Origin: a virus
Taxonomy: Duplodnaviria; Caudoviricetes
DNA: 64,000 nucleotides
Virus record (IMG/VR): IMGVR_UViG_3300025575_000014
Coordinates: 1,393-65,392 of that record
Strand: one strand, 5' to 3'
Under the pieces are notes generated by a model. That model did not search any database. It was not told the DNA's origin and was given only the letters and a program-made list of their open reading frames with translations. Position numbers and translations under genes: made by a program. Below, piece after piece: positions 35,626-45,800 of the stretch. The first letter of the stretch is position 1. Each line of letters opens with the position of its first letter.

Positions 35626-37467
35626 CTAATACGGAATAGGTTCGTCTGTGACATAGTTAGGATTAAGCTCCATGTTTTTATTCTTTTCCCACCCATAATT
35701 TACTATCTCTTTGGTTCTATCATTGTAAAATCTTAATGTCTTTTTACTAAAATTCATTCTTATAACTTTTCTTATTCCACTTTCACGATCTTTTAAACTT
35801 GTAATGAAAGCATCGCACTCCGCATTATCTCCAAAATTTCTTTCTATCGCAATTATATTATCAGCTTTATTGGCGATATTGTTTGAACCACTTATATCCA
35901 ATTTATCTAAATTACCTTCTTGTGCATCATCTGTTTTAATTTCACCTTTTCCTTTGTTGGGATGCGCAAGTAGAACCACATGAACATTATTGCTAATAGC
36001 GAAGTTTTTACAACTTTGAATAAAATTTGCTTGTGCTGAATACAATTCATCTGCTACTTCTTCGAGCTTACTCATAAGATTATCAATCACAAACAACTTA
36101 ACACCATAGCGATCAGCAGCAATACCCATAATTTTAAAGAAATCATCCATTTTCTTGCTAACTTTGTCTGAACTTCTATCGAATAAATAAAATTTGTCTT
36201 GGTGCCATTTTTTTATTTCTGTTATGATATTCGGTTTTAATTCCGCTTTAGACTTATATTTACACTGAATAAATCTAAAATAATCGTCTTTGTTTCCAGC
36301 TATTTGTTTGTATAACCAATCCTGTATTTTATGCTCCGACATTTCACCACTGTATAAAAACACTTTTGTATTTTTCATAAGATTATGTGCTATCACCTGG
36401 CTTATAAATGTGGTTTTACCTTCTCCGTTTCTACCGAATATTATTGTGAGTTCTTGTTCTTTCCAATCCTCCACATGTTCGTCATATTCAATAAACCCTG
36501 TTTCGATACCGTTAGATTGTATTTCGATATTTGATTTATATTCTAATTGCGATACCTCAATTAAGCCTTCTGGAACTTCATTTATAGCTTTATTTATTAA
36601 TTCTAGAATGTATTTTTCACCCTCATAATAAAGGTCTTCGTTAGCATCTTTGTGTTTTTCAGATGTTATAATTTTTACATTTTTAAGTTTCATTTTTATT
36701 TTATCAGCCATTTCAAAACCCGGCTTATCATTATCAGCATAAACTATAAATTCTTTTATACATTGCAACCATTCCCAACAATTATCAATCCAAGTAAGAT
36801 TATTTGAGCCACTAGGTACACTCACAACATTTTTATAACCACTCTGATAAATTGCCATCGCATCCGGCTGGCCTTCCGTAATTACAAGAGGTTTAGACAT
36901 ATCAATATGTTCCATTCCCCATAAAATCGGCATTGTGTCAAGTTCACAACCACCCTTTAGTCCACCTTTTATAGCTTCCCTATAACTAACGAATACTAAT
37001 TTACCACCTTTGAAGTACTGAAATACATAAACGTCTTTGTTTGCGAATCTACCTTGCTTAACATTTAATTCATTCAACGTCTGTTTAGTAATTTTTCTTT
37101 TATCCATGTAAGAAATTAATGAATCGGTTAATTCTATAGTTTTAATATTCGGGAATTTATATATTTTCTTAGAAGTTTTGTTTTGTAAATGAACTCCGCT
37201 TTTACCTACCAATTCCCCGACTTTTTCTACAGCTTCACAAAATGACATATTTTCATAATCTTGATAATATCTATAAATATCAATTTGTTCTCCGCATGAA
37301 TTACACCTATACATCATTCCTTTAGCAAACCAACTCATAGAAGGTTTTTTATCTGTGTGAAAAGGACAACTCACCATCTTTTTAATTTCTCTTAACCCTA
37401 ATCCACTTAAAATTATTTCTTTTGCTCGTTGCCCTAAATCTTCTTTTAATTCCACTGCATCTAGCAT
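35626..37467 (-). CDS. Primase-helicase (Zn finger, TOPRIM, SF4 helicase; T7 gp4/Twinkle-like)
   Basis: CPFHTDKKPS...CNSCG; ITEGQPDA, YADNDKPG, KDANE; GRNGEGKT, FVIDNLM, LAHPNK, DISGS. Confidence 0.92.
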   Translation of the reverse strand: MLDAVELKEDLGQRAKEIILSGLGLREIKKMVSCPFHTDKKPSMSWFAKGMMYRCNSCGEQIDIYRYYQDYENMSFCEAVEKVGELVGKSGVHLQNKTSKKIYKFPNIKTIELTDSLISYMDKRKITKQTLNELNVKQGRFANKDVYVFQYFKGGKLVFVSYREAIKGGLKGGCELDTMPILWGMEHIDMSKPLVITEGQPDAMAIYQSGYKNVVSVPSGSNNLTWIDNCWEWLQCIKEFIVYADNDKPGFEMADKIKMKLKNVKIITSEKHKDANEDLYYEGEKYILELINKAINEVPEGLIEVSQLEYKSNIEIQSNGIETGFIEYDEHVEDWKEQELTIIFGRNGEGKTTFISQVIAHNLMKNTKVFLYSGEMSEHKIQDWLYKQIAGNKDDYFRFIQCKYKSKAELKPNIITEIKKWHQDKFYLFDRSSDKVSKKMDDFFKIMGIAADRYGVKLFVIDNLMSKLEEVADELYSAQANFIQSCKNFAISNNVHVVLLAHPNKGKGEIKTDDAQEGNLDKLDISGSNNIANKADNIIAIERNFGDNAECDAFITSLKDRESGIRKVIRMNFSKKTLRFYNDRTKEIVNYGWEKNKNMELNPNYVTDEPIPY

Positions 37468-38345
37468 TAAAAATCATCCCTCCTTGTAACTGGCTTATAT
37501 TTGGGTTTTTCTTTAATTTGTGTTTTGAATGGCTGATTTAGATAATTTTCAAAATTGTTAACACCAAATAACGTTTGCGGTCTTAAATAAATCCTCATAT
37601 CCTTTTCATTAAGACTAGGCTCGTGATTCCACTCGATGGTTTTTATGTCTATTACTTTTATGAAATCTCCTAATGTGTATTTAGCGTTATCGTTAAACCT
37701 AGCATTTATAAGTTTTCTAGTCGCACTACTATTACTACTAAATTTTTTATCTGCTTTTAAATTTAGGTAATCGATTATTTCTTTAAAAGGTATTTCGGTA
37801 GATGTATCTTTTAAGGGTTCGTTATTAGTAATAGGACTTATAGCATTACCTTCTTTACCTTCTTTACCTTCTTTACCTTCTTTACCTTCTTTACCTTCTT
37901 TATTAGTGGTTAGTTGCTGGTTAGTTGCTGGTTGGTTGCTGGTTAGTTGCTGGTTAGTCTGCTGGTTGCATATTCCTTGAAACGATTGAAATTGCTCGGT
38001 TGGTTGCTGGTTAGTATGCTGGTTGAATTTTTCATAATTTACGATAGAATATATTGTAAACTTCGGAGTAGCTTTTATGTTTACAATCATATTATCTTCT
38101 AAAAGTCTTTTCAAACACGTTCTAATCCTTTGTTCTCCTATGTTTAACTCTTTACTCCATTGAGTTCTCCCAAATATAAATTCACCATATCCCAAGGTGT
38201 ATTTTATATTTTGATAATAGCTTGTTTTGGTTTCTTTTTTATACCTAGCTTTACCTAACATGGTAATCCAAATTTTTAAGCAATTCGCATCGGTATAAAT
38301 CCAATGTTCAAAAATAGACCTGCACAATGGGAATGAATTAAACAT
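37467..38345 (-). CDS. Phage replisome organiser / replication initiator
   Basis: Start MFNSFPLCRSIFEHWIY after AAGGAGG; wHTH; Q/N repeats; C-terminal IPFKEIIDYLN...LRPQTLFG.NNFENYLNQ conserved phage C-terminal domain. Confidence 0.85.
   Translation of the reverse strand: MFNSFPLCRSIFEHWIYTDANCLKIWITMLGKARYKKETKTSYYQNIKYTLGYGEFIFGRTQWSKELNIGEQRIRTCLKRLLEDNMIVNIKATPKFTIYSIVNYEKFNQHTNQQPTEQFQSFQGICNQQTNQQLTSNQPATNQQLTTNKEGKEGKEGKEGKEGKEGNAISPITNNEPLKDTSTEIPFKEIIDYLNLKADKKFSSNSSATRKLINARFNDNAKYTLGDFIKVIDIKTIEWNHEPSLNEKDMRIYLRPQTLFGVNNFENYLNQPFKTQIKEKPKYKPVTRRDDF
37848..37975. repeat. Iteron-like tandem repeats inside the initiator gene (likely lytic ori)
   Basis: 9-bp TTCTTTACC tandem (KEG repeats) and ~12-bp GTTGCTGGTTAG-like repeats (NQQLT/NQP). 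Confidence 0.75.
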
Positions 38346-38437
38346 TGTATTTCCTCCTTTGATAAATATAGAATAATATCCCTGCGGAGGTAATATAAAA
38401 TCATGTACTTTTAAAAAAATACGTGTTATAATATAAG

Positions 38438-38512
38438 TAATATATTTCAAAAGCAACTAAGTTTATAAACCTTCACTTTGTCAACCGGCCATGGTTGGCA
38501 ATTTTCTTTTTT
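38438..38512 (+). ncRNA. Putative antisense RNA to the initiator leader
   Basis: TG-t-TATAAT at 38424-38432, terminator TTGTCAACC-ggccat-GGTTGGCAA-TTTTCTTTTTT at 38478-38512; opposing promoter TTTACA-N18-TATAAT at 38533-38562. Confidence 0.6.
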
Positions 38513-38565
38513 CAACAATTTGGCATGTTTTTATTATACAACACTTCAACGATATGTGTAAATGA

Positions 38566-39000
38566 TTATTCTTCATATCTATTATCGTGTAAAAATTTTC
38601 TATAATCCTGCTCTAAATAATTTCTTTGTATAAAGTCTAATAAATGCCCATATTTAATATAAATATTTTTCTTTAGAAACTTGTCTATACTGTGTTTTCT
38701 TATCTTTTCTAATTTGTAATATTCTTTAAATATTTTATTGTAATCAGAAAGTTTAAGATCATAATCAGCCTTTTGGTAATCTCCATATTGAAATTGGTCT
38801 GCCATTTTACCGATTTCATCATCTCGACCATAATAGCTATAAATAAGTTCTTTTTCATCTCCGAAGTTTCCTGCTTGATATCTACTAGTATAATAATCAC
38901 GAAAAGTCCATAAAAAATCTAGTCTGTGCGCAATCCATTCTTTATCCGTTTCCCACTCATCAAATGTATAAGGTTTTGAATATTGTCTGTAATCTTTCAT
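38566..39000 (-). CDS. Hypothetical protein
   Basis: 144-aa ORF with AAGGAGG RBS. Confidence 0.7.
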   Translation of the reverse strand: MKDYRQYSKPYTFDEWETDKEWIAHRLDFLWTFRDYYTSRYQAGNFGDEKELIYSYYGRDDEIGKMADQFQYGDYQKADYDLKLSDYNKIFKEYYKLEKIRKHSIDKFLKKNIYIKYGHLLDFIQRNYLEQDYRKFLHDNRYEE

Positions 39001-39019
39001 AAAATATAAAACCTCCTTA

Positions 39020-39187
39020 TTATTTGCCTTTGTTTTCTTTTAACCACTTCATCACTGGTTCCAATTCAAATCTTATTTGTGTCCCTATATTGATGAACGG
39101 AAGACCTTCCTTGCGCCATCTTGATAATGTCATACTACTCACTTGCAAATATTCAGCTAAATCACGATTAGTTAGTAACTTTGCCAC
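39020..39187 (-). CDS. Small MerR/Xis-like HTH protein
   Basis: KLLTNRDLAEYLQVSSMTLSRWRKEGLPFINIGTQIRFE; GTG start. Confidence 0.85.
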   Translation of the reverse strand: MAKLLTNRDLAEYLQVSSMTLSRWRKEGLPFINIGTQIRFELEPVMKWLKENKGK

Positions 39188-39333
39188 ATTTATCATCCCC
39201 TTACATTCATTATAGCATGGATATGGATAAAAATACATGTTTAAAAATATTTATTTATGTTGTAACATGTCTATACATTTTCACATAGTATATAAACATA
39301 ACTAAGAAAAATATAGAAGGAGTGTAAAAAAAA

Positions 39334-39501
39334 ATGAATAAATCTTATGAATTTTCAAATGAGGGATTAAAGAAAGCAATCAATGAACGTCATAGCCATT
39401 TAAAGGCGCGCAGAAAGATTTTAATAACAGTTAGTATATTTGCATTAACAAGTGTTTTAAACTTGCCCAGTGCATCAGTAATTGCGTTCAGGTGTCTGTA
39501 A
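39334..39501 (+). CDS. 55-aa protein with TM segment
   Basis: Manual ORF after AAGGAG; first gene of the plus-strand cluster. Confidence 0.5.
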   Translation: MNKSYEFSNEGLKKAINERHSHLKARRKILITVSIFALTSVLNLPSASVIAFRCL

Positions 39502-39531
39502 AACATACTAATATATAAGGAGTTTGTAAAA

Positions 39532-39885
39532 TTGAATAATAAATTTATATCTAAATTAATATCTGAGGCTAATGGTATAGCAGAATGGTCAAACAAAGAG
39601 GGAAAAATAGATACTTACATTGATGGTGTGTATTATCCTACAGGTTGGTTTTATCAAAAAGGAAATTCAGAAAATTTAAAATTAAAAATGATGGAAATGG
39701 AATTAAGTTATAAGCAATTAAATAAAATTTATAGACAGTTTTCATATGTAAATTTATCTAAAAGAATAAGTTTTGAGGAATCTATAGACATAATAATTAA
39801 AGCGACCTTAGATAAAGTAAATTCATGGGTATTCCATAAAGGTGAAAACGATGAAAAATGGACAGTTGTTAAACCGTTCAATTAA
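39532..39885 (+). CDS. Hypothetical protein
   Basis: 117 aa, TTG start, ATATATAAGGAGTTT RBS unit. Confidence 0.7.
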   Translation: MNNKFISKLISEANGIAEWSNKEGKIDTYIDGVYYPTGWFYQKGNSENLKLKMMEMELSYKQLNKIYRQFSYVNLSKRISFEESIDIIIKATLDKVNSWVFHKGENDEKWTVVKPFN

Positions 39886-39903
39886 TATACGGGGAGTTTA
39901 TAA

Positions 39904-40062
39904 ATGAATACAATAAATAGTGATTTTAGAAAAATAGAAGAATTGAAAAAGGAAAATAAGATATTAGAAATAAATATGAATGCATTATGTGATGAAGACG
40001 GTACTATATTTCGAATGATAGCAGAAAACGAGAGAATCATAGAAACATTAATTAATATATAA
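39904..40062 (+). CDS. 52-aa acidic protein
   Basis: Manual ORF with the repeated RBS unit. Confidence 0.6.
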   Translation: MNTINSDFRKIEELKKENKILEINMNALCDEDGTIFRMIAENERIIETLINI

Positions 40063-40074
40063 GGAGTTTTATAA

Positions 40075-40317
40075 ATGAAAAAATATATTGATGCAATTGA
40101 AAAATTAAGAAATGAAATGTTGCAAGAAAAAGAAAAACTCGAAGAAAAAGGCCTATACGAATCAGAAAAATTCATGACTATCGAATCTGTTTTCTGTAAA
40201 TTATGCGAATTGGAGGTTGCCTTAAACGTAGGTGTGACCAAAATGGAAAGTTTAGAAGATATCGAAATAGAACAATTAGTTTATGATTTATTAAATAAAG
40301 ACTTGTTGCAACTTTAA
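40075..40317 (+). CDS. Small acidic protein
   Basis: 80 aa, repeated RBS unit. Confidence 0.7.
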   Translation: MKKYIDAIEKLRNEMLQEKEKLEEKGLYESEKFMTIESVFCKLCELEVALNVGVTKMESLEDIEIEQLVYDLLNKDLLQL

Positions 40318-40331
40318 ATCAAAAGGAGTGA

Positions 40332-40523
40332 TTGTTATTGAGAAAAGTTATAGTTGATGCAATTCGAGAACTTAAATACATGATAGACGAAGAACCGGAG
40401 GAATCTTTTGAAAATGCTAAAGAAATGGAAGATTGTATATATGCCTATAACGGTTTAAGTATTATTCAAAAAAGATTAATAGATTGTATTCCAGAAACAG
40501 AAATAGAAAGGGATGATTATTGA
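40332..40523 (+). CDS. Small acidic protein
   Basis: 63 aa, AAAAGGAGTG RBS. Confidence 0.65.
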   Translation: MLLRKVIVDAIRELKYMIDEEPEESFENAKEMEDCIYAYNGLSIIQKRLIDCIPETEIERDDY

Positions 40524-40717
40524 TGAAACCGTCAGAATTAGTTAATTTGAATGATTACAACAATTTATTGGATACGTGGTTATTCGATAAATACGAACTT
40601 GATGGATGGGGAGATTATTACGATTCAATGAAAAAATTAGGTTGGAATGAAAACAAAATATATAAAGAATTTAAAATAATACAGTTAGAATTTGAAAAAG
40701 ACGTAGAAATAGATTAA
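40520..40717 (+). CDS. Small acidic protein
   Basis: 65 aa, coupled to the previous gene. Confidence 0.65.
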   Translation: MMKPSELVNLNDYNNLLDTWLFDKYELDGWGDYYDSMKKLGWNENKIYKEFKIIQLEFEKDVEID

Positions 40718-40737
40718 ATTAAAAGGAGTGGTTATTA

Positions 40738-40917
40738 ATGTTATTAAAAATAGATATTGAAATCGAGGATGGATTATTGAAATGTATACCCTTAGATAAA
40801 TTAGTGAACGAAACATTACTGCAAACACTTTACAAAGAAGAAAAAAATAAAAACATTGGTTCTTTCAAGTTAAAAGTAGAGGAAATAAAAAAGGCCACAA
40901 TTAAGCAGCCCTCATAG
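40738..40917 (+). CDS. 59-aa protein
   Basis: Manual ORF with AAAAGGAGTG RBS. Confidence 0.55.
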   Translation: MLLKIDIEIEDGLLKCIPLDKLVNETLLQTLYKEEKNKNIGSFKLKVEEIKKATIKQPS

Positions 40918-40925
40918 AAAAAAAT

Positions 40926-40958
40926 ATATCAAAGGACATTTCGCGTGTCCTTTGATAT
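40926..40958. terminator. Terminator hairpin between the early cluster and the convergent lysis cassette
   Basis: 13-bp perfect stem ATATCAAAGGACA/TGTCCTTTGATAT. Confidence 0.75.
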
Positions 40959-41058
40959 TATATGCAGAAATTTTAAAAGTGATTGTATTTTGTTTATGAT
41001 ATATTTGTATTATGTTTATAATTTAATTGTAATTTATTTATAATATTTCTGTAATGAA

Positions 41059-41556
41059 TTACAATGTTAGTTTATTTTCTCCAACTTGTGCTGATACAGT
41101 TTGTGGAGTTTCATTTGCTTTTAGTGCATCTTGAGTATTGGAAGATACTTCTTTTGTAACAACAACATCAGCTTCATCTTTGACAGGATCATAAACTGGT
41201 GCTAATAAAGTTTCTACTTGATTATTAACTTCCCCGACTACACTTTCCCTAAAGTGGTCTAGCTGTGATTGTGTAAGGAATGGGAATTTAGCTAATAGTA
41301 TTTTATCAAACATGGTGGCCTTTAAATTCCCTGCATTGGGGATTAACTTAAACAATTGTTCTACTTGATAAAATATACCTTTGGCTACTGTAGCACGAGA
41401 ATTATAAGTATCTGCCCCTAATTTGACCGTCTCTACTTGTTTTTTCTTACCAAGGTATAAACTTACCTGTGCTATTAAATATGTAGTAGCAAGCCCTACA
41501 ATGGTGAATATAGCTTCTGTTAATATATTTGAAATTCCGTTTATCAATGTATTCAT
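41059..41556 (-). CDS. Holin (LL-H-like)
   Basis: N-terminal TM, QVEQL and ESVVGEVN motifs; adjacent to the endolysin. Confidence 0.65.
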   Translation of the reverse strand: MNTLINGISNILTEAIFTIVGLATTYLIAQVSLYLGKKKQVETVKLGADTYNSRATVAKGIFYQVEQLFKLIPNAGNLKATMFDKILLAKFPFLTQSQLDHFRESVVGEVNNQVETLLAPVYDPVKDEADVVVTKEVSSNTQDALKANETPQTVSAQVGENKLTL

Positions 41557-41573
41557 GATAAAACCTCCTTAAA

Positions 41574-42269
41574 TTATATTAGTATTTTGAAAGACTTGAA
41601 ACCTTTAGCCTCCAATTCTTTTATCCTAGCATCCGCATTTGCTTCATCTGCGAAACTACCTGTTATAACCCGGTATGTTTTATTACCTGTTGTAACTGTT
41701 GGCTTAGAAACAGTTGCAGGCTTAATTGTTATGTTTGGAATATCCTTACCTGTAATGCCTTTTACGATTGCGTTTGCTAATTTTTCAGCATTATATTTAT
41801 TGCAATCACTTTTGGTATCGCAAAAGAATGGCTCCACCAGAATTGCGGTTGCATTAGTATGTTTTAATACGTATAATCCTGGTCTTGAGACACTCCCTCT
41901 GTTATGAAAGCCAAGAGTAGCCATTTGTGTATTTATTCTATCTGCATATACCTTTGCTTTTGCACTTATATACTCAACTTCGCAACCACTAGCCTTATCT
42001 GTTTGGAAAGCATTTACATGAAGACTAACAAATAAGTCTACTTTGGAATTGTTAGCCTTGTTAACTCTATAGGCTAGGCTTTGACCTAACGTTAATTCAC
42101 TTTGCGCAGGTGTTACGTTGATTACTGTATGGCCCAGCTTCTGTAATCCCGCTATTACTAAAGCGCCATATTGTCTATTAACTACTGTTTCTATTAAATA
42201 TCCACCCGCCCCAGTATCTCCGCTGCCACTTCCGTTTAGAGAGTGGCCTAAATCTATCGCAATCCTCAT
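41574..42269 (-). CDS. Endolysin: Amidase_3 plus SPOR domain
   Basis: IAIDLGH, ETVVN, SLHVN, ILVEPFFCD; C-terminal YRVITGSFADEANADARIKELEAKGF. Confidence 0.93.
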   Translation of the reverse strand: MRIAIDLGHSLNGSGSGDTGAGGYLIETVVNRQYGALVIAGLQKLGHTVINVTPAQSELTLGQSLAYRVNKANNSKVDLFVSLHVNAFQTDKASGCEVEYISAKAKVYADRINTQMATLGFHNRGSVSRPGLYVLKHTNATAILVEPFFCDTKSDCNKYNAEKLANAIVKGITGKDIPNITIKPATVSKPTVTTGNKTYRVITGSFADEANADARIKELEAKGFKSFKILI

Positions 42270-42283
42270 ACATTAAAACCTCC

Positions 42284-42634
42284 CTATTTAAGTATTTCGT
42301 CAATCCTTTTATGTGCTGATTTAGTAGAACCTTCAACTGTGCATAATCTAGTGTCCATACTATTTATTTGTCTACTATGTTCCCTGTTATCTAACTTTAT
42401 GTCATCCATTCCCTTGCTGATATAATCAAGTTTTGTTTCGATTATGGAACTACTTTTAGTTTCACACATAGTCTCTGCTTTTATTTTCGCTTCTGCATCT
42501 GCGAGTTCCTTTTTAGCTTGAGTTTCTGCATTTTTTAAATCTTGTTTTGACAATCTTGTATAACTTCTAATCGCTACGAACAATGATACTGCTGCAATGA
42601 ATATCAAAAATATAGATTTTGTATTCTCGCTCAT
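42284..42634 (-). CDS. XhlA/BhlA-like holin-associated membrane protein
   Basis: N-terminal TM then coiled coil ending STKSAHKRIDEI; first gene of the lysis cassette. Confidence 0.7.
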   Translation of the reverse strand: MSENTKSIFLIFIAAVSLFVAIRSYTRLSKQDLKNAETQAKKELADAEAKIKAETMCETKSSSIIETKLDYISKGMDDIKLDNREHSRQINSMDTRLCTVEGSTKSAHKRIDEILK

Positions 42635-42685
42635 TTACATTTCCCTCCTATTGTCTTTAATATTTTCTTAAGGTAAAATGGAAAT

Positions 42686-42747
42686 ACCTTTGTATTTAAA
42701 GGTTTTTGATGCAAGCGGTCAGCCAAAAACAAGCCGCTTGCATTTTT
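42686..42747 (+). ncRNA. Putative antisense RNA to the lysis-cassette leader
   Basis: TTGTCT-N17-TAAAAT at 42651-42679; 10-bp perfect stem ATGCAAGCGG/CCGCTTGCAT plus TTTT at 42709-42747. Confidence 0.5.
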
Positions 42748-42871
42748 ATGTGTTGCGAGTTCTCCTTCCTTAAAACCGATTCAACCTTTATTCTTTAATT
42801 GTAACATAACGTTGAAATGGAGGGTATAAAAACAATAATAAAAACACCCATTAATAATGAGTGCTAACATC

Positions 42872-45800
42872 TTACCTTTTAATTAATTGACGGTCATCAG
42901 AACTTAATGAATTATAAAAATCCTTTCTATCTGATTTAGTCATGCCATCGTATTTTTGTTGCAATTCAGAATAACCTGATTCTTTCAATTTTTTAACCGC
43001 TGCTTTTTTTCTGCTACTTCTTTCTTTACTGGGTGTATCGTATTTATCAAAAATTGCAGTTGTGCTAGCATGTGGATTATCTTTTAACGCATTTCCAAGT
43101 TCTTCATTTAATGCTTTTGAATTAGCAAGTTTCGTTTTGCTATTTTCTGAAATTAGTTCCGTTAATTTTATTTGCTTTTTTTCATTACTTGGTGCAGTAT
43201 ATTCTCTTAACCAATTACCCTCATAAGATTTTTTGGAACTATCATATGATGAATTTGTTGCCGCTTTTGCATAAGTACCAGCACCGCTTCCAACCAGTGC
43301 GTTGCCTATGACTTTTTGTACTCCTGATGATGGAGTTTCATTGTTATATTTAAAGGTGCTAGGTACACCAAAAGGAATTGGACCTGCTTCACTTAAAATA
43401 TACTTAAGAATATTAATGTCATTTTCTGACCCTGTTTTATCGGGATTGCTTATTTTTCTACCTAAATAGTCAGTATTAGAAGCCCAACCAACTCCTGTTC
43501 TTAAAAATGGTGACAATTTACCTTGTAATGATTTAGATACACCGCCTAAAACCCCATTTGTTACAACATTGGAAACTAATTTAGTGAAATCGCCTATACC
43601 ACTTCTAAACAATGAAATGTATACGTCTGGTTGAACTTGTAATTGCAATTCGTGTCCTTTGGGGTTTTTATCTGTAAGATGTCCTGTAAATAAATAGTTC
43701 AATCCTTCTGTTAACAAACCACCAGCCACTAAACCTGTTATATATTGACTTCTTGCCGCATTGCCGCCAGGACCTTTTTCAAATGCTTTACCAACCATAC
43801 GAACGGAAGATTCCGTCCAATCTGGTGCTAAAAGTAGCATTCGTTCAGTTCCTAACGCGGAAGGGTTTTTACCTAATGACTGCCAATTGAGACCACCATA
43901 CGCTAGGTTAACTTCTTTGGCGATACTAATTTTAGCTTTTGATAAGTCTGCATTAACCGTTTCTGGATGCTTAGACGCAAAATCTAAAACTTTATTTTGA
44001 TAATCAGTAACTTTAAGCCATCTTTGAATTTTTCCAAATAATAAGTTGTTATTAGCTTCAATAAGATGCTTGCCTTGTTTTAGAATCGGTAAATTAGTTA
44101 TTTTATCCATTTTTGAACCTGTAGTTGTTAATCTACTTAATGTATCAATATTGGATGATAATTTAGAAGTTGTGCCAGTATGTCGTGCAAAATCTTTTTC
44201 GGATACTTGAAACTCTGGACTATCTAAAAGGTGTAAATCGTTCCAATGTCTTATAAAATCTATTCCGCCTTTATTATTATATAAAGCTTGTGCGGCTAAT
44301 GTGATATGGTGAAAAGTTGAAAATGCCAAATCCATTGTTTTAACAACACCTTGATATTTCTGTATACCTCTCATGCTATCAATTTTTTTAGTTAAATCCG
44401 AATCCGTAATTGCTCTCAATCCATTAGCGAGATTTTCAGGTAATACAAAAGGTCTTACTTCATATCCGGTAGCGGTTGGAACATGTTTATCTAATCCGAT
44501 AACGTTTTTAAATCCTTCTGGGACGTTCTTGCTATAAGAACCTAATCCACTAGTTTCTAATGAGGTAGCAAGTTCTCTAGTGGTATTTGCGTAGGACATT
44601 TCTTGATTATGAATTGCTAATAGGTCATTTGCTTTTAATGTTGCTGGTTGCTTACCATTTAAAAGTCCTTCGCTGATATTGTCATAAACTCTTTGCTTAC
44701 CATGTGAAGTGTTGGGATTAATACCATTGTTTCTTATGTCGGTTTTAACACCTCTAGGAGGTTTAACCCACATTCTGTTTGCGTAATTTTCCCTACCTAC
44801 ATTTATTGCACCTGTTTTTAAAGCATAATCTTTACTTTCTTTATAATATTTTTCAGCCATTTCCACCGCTTTCATAGCGTTCGGAGATAGATTTAAAGCC
44901 TGTTTATAACCGTCTCTATAGGTTATCTTAGTGTTAGGTATATAGCTATCCATTATTGGGTCGTTATGGTCTGTCATATCTCTTAAATGATTCATATTAC
45001 CGCCAGCATCGATAAATAATTGTATACCTTCTTGCTCGTTGGGTGCTAGTTTTTTCATAGTATCCGCTAAGTGATTTCCTGCTGCTATCTGTCCATTTCT
45101 TTTACCTATAAAGGCATCGCGTATATTTTGTGACGTTGCTTTATCGTTTTTGCCTGAAATAATCGGCAAAGGTTTATTATCGACATATTCACTGCTTACT
45201 TCATGCTCTAGTGAAGGGTCCCAATTTGGATCACTTGGTTTAATATATAACGGTTTTTTAGGTGGTATTTTATCGCCACTATCACCAGGTTTTATTTTAG
45301 TAAATTTCATAGGTTTTTCACTCATATTAGCGGTACTGGTCATGTCACTTTTACTCTTAGTTGATTTAGGTAAAGTATCTTCCGCTTTAACAATTCCACT
45401 ATCTTTTTTAATCTTTTGCGTAGGAACTTTATCCTTTTCAACCTTTGTAACTGGTTTTCCTTCTTTACCTATTATTCCTGTGGCACCTTGACCATCAGCA
45501 AAAACACTGATATTTACAGGATTTCCATTTGGCGATTTACCTTTTATGTGGATAATACCATCTTCATTTAGAAAAAGTTTATATTTAATGCCTTTCTCGT
45601 CCATTTTTTTAATAAATTTTTCTGTTTCTAATTTCTGCCTAGGAACATCTGTTACTACTTTTTTTGATTTAACAACATTGTTATCGGAAATTTTGTTTTG
45701 TTCAGACGATTTTTTCTCAACTATTTTTGTGGAATTTGTTCCGCTTGTTTCTCCTTTAATCATAGGTAACTTATTGATAGTGTCATTTTTTTTATCTACC

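Noticed and set aside
37848-37975. Possible CRISPR array or microsatellite
   Set aside because: Units are 9-12 bp with no unique spacers and are in-frame coding repeats of the initiator; no cas genes in the window.
39020-39238. Excisionase implying an integrase module
   Set aside because: The HTH is Xis/MerR-like, but no recombinase or att-like repeat is nearby; treated as a regulator.
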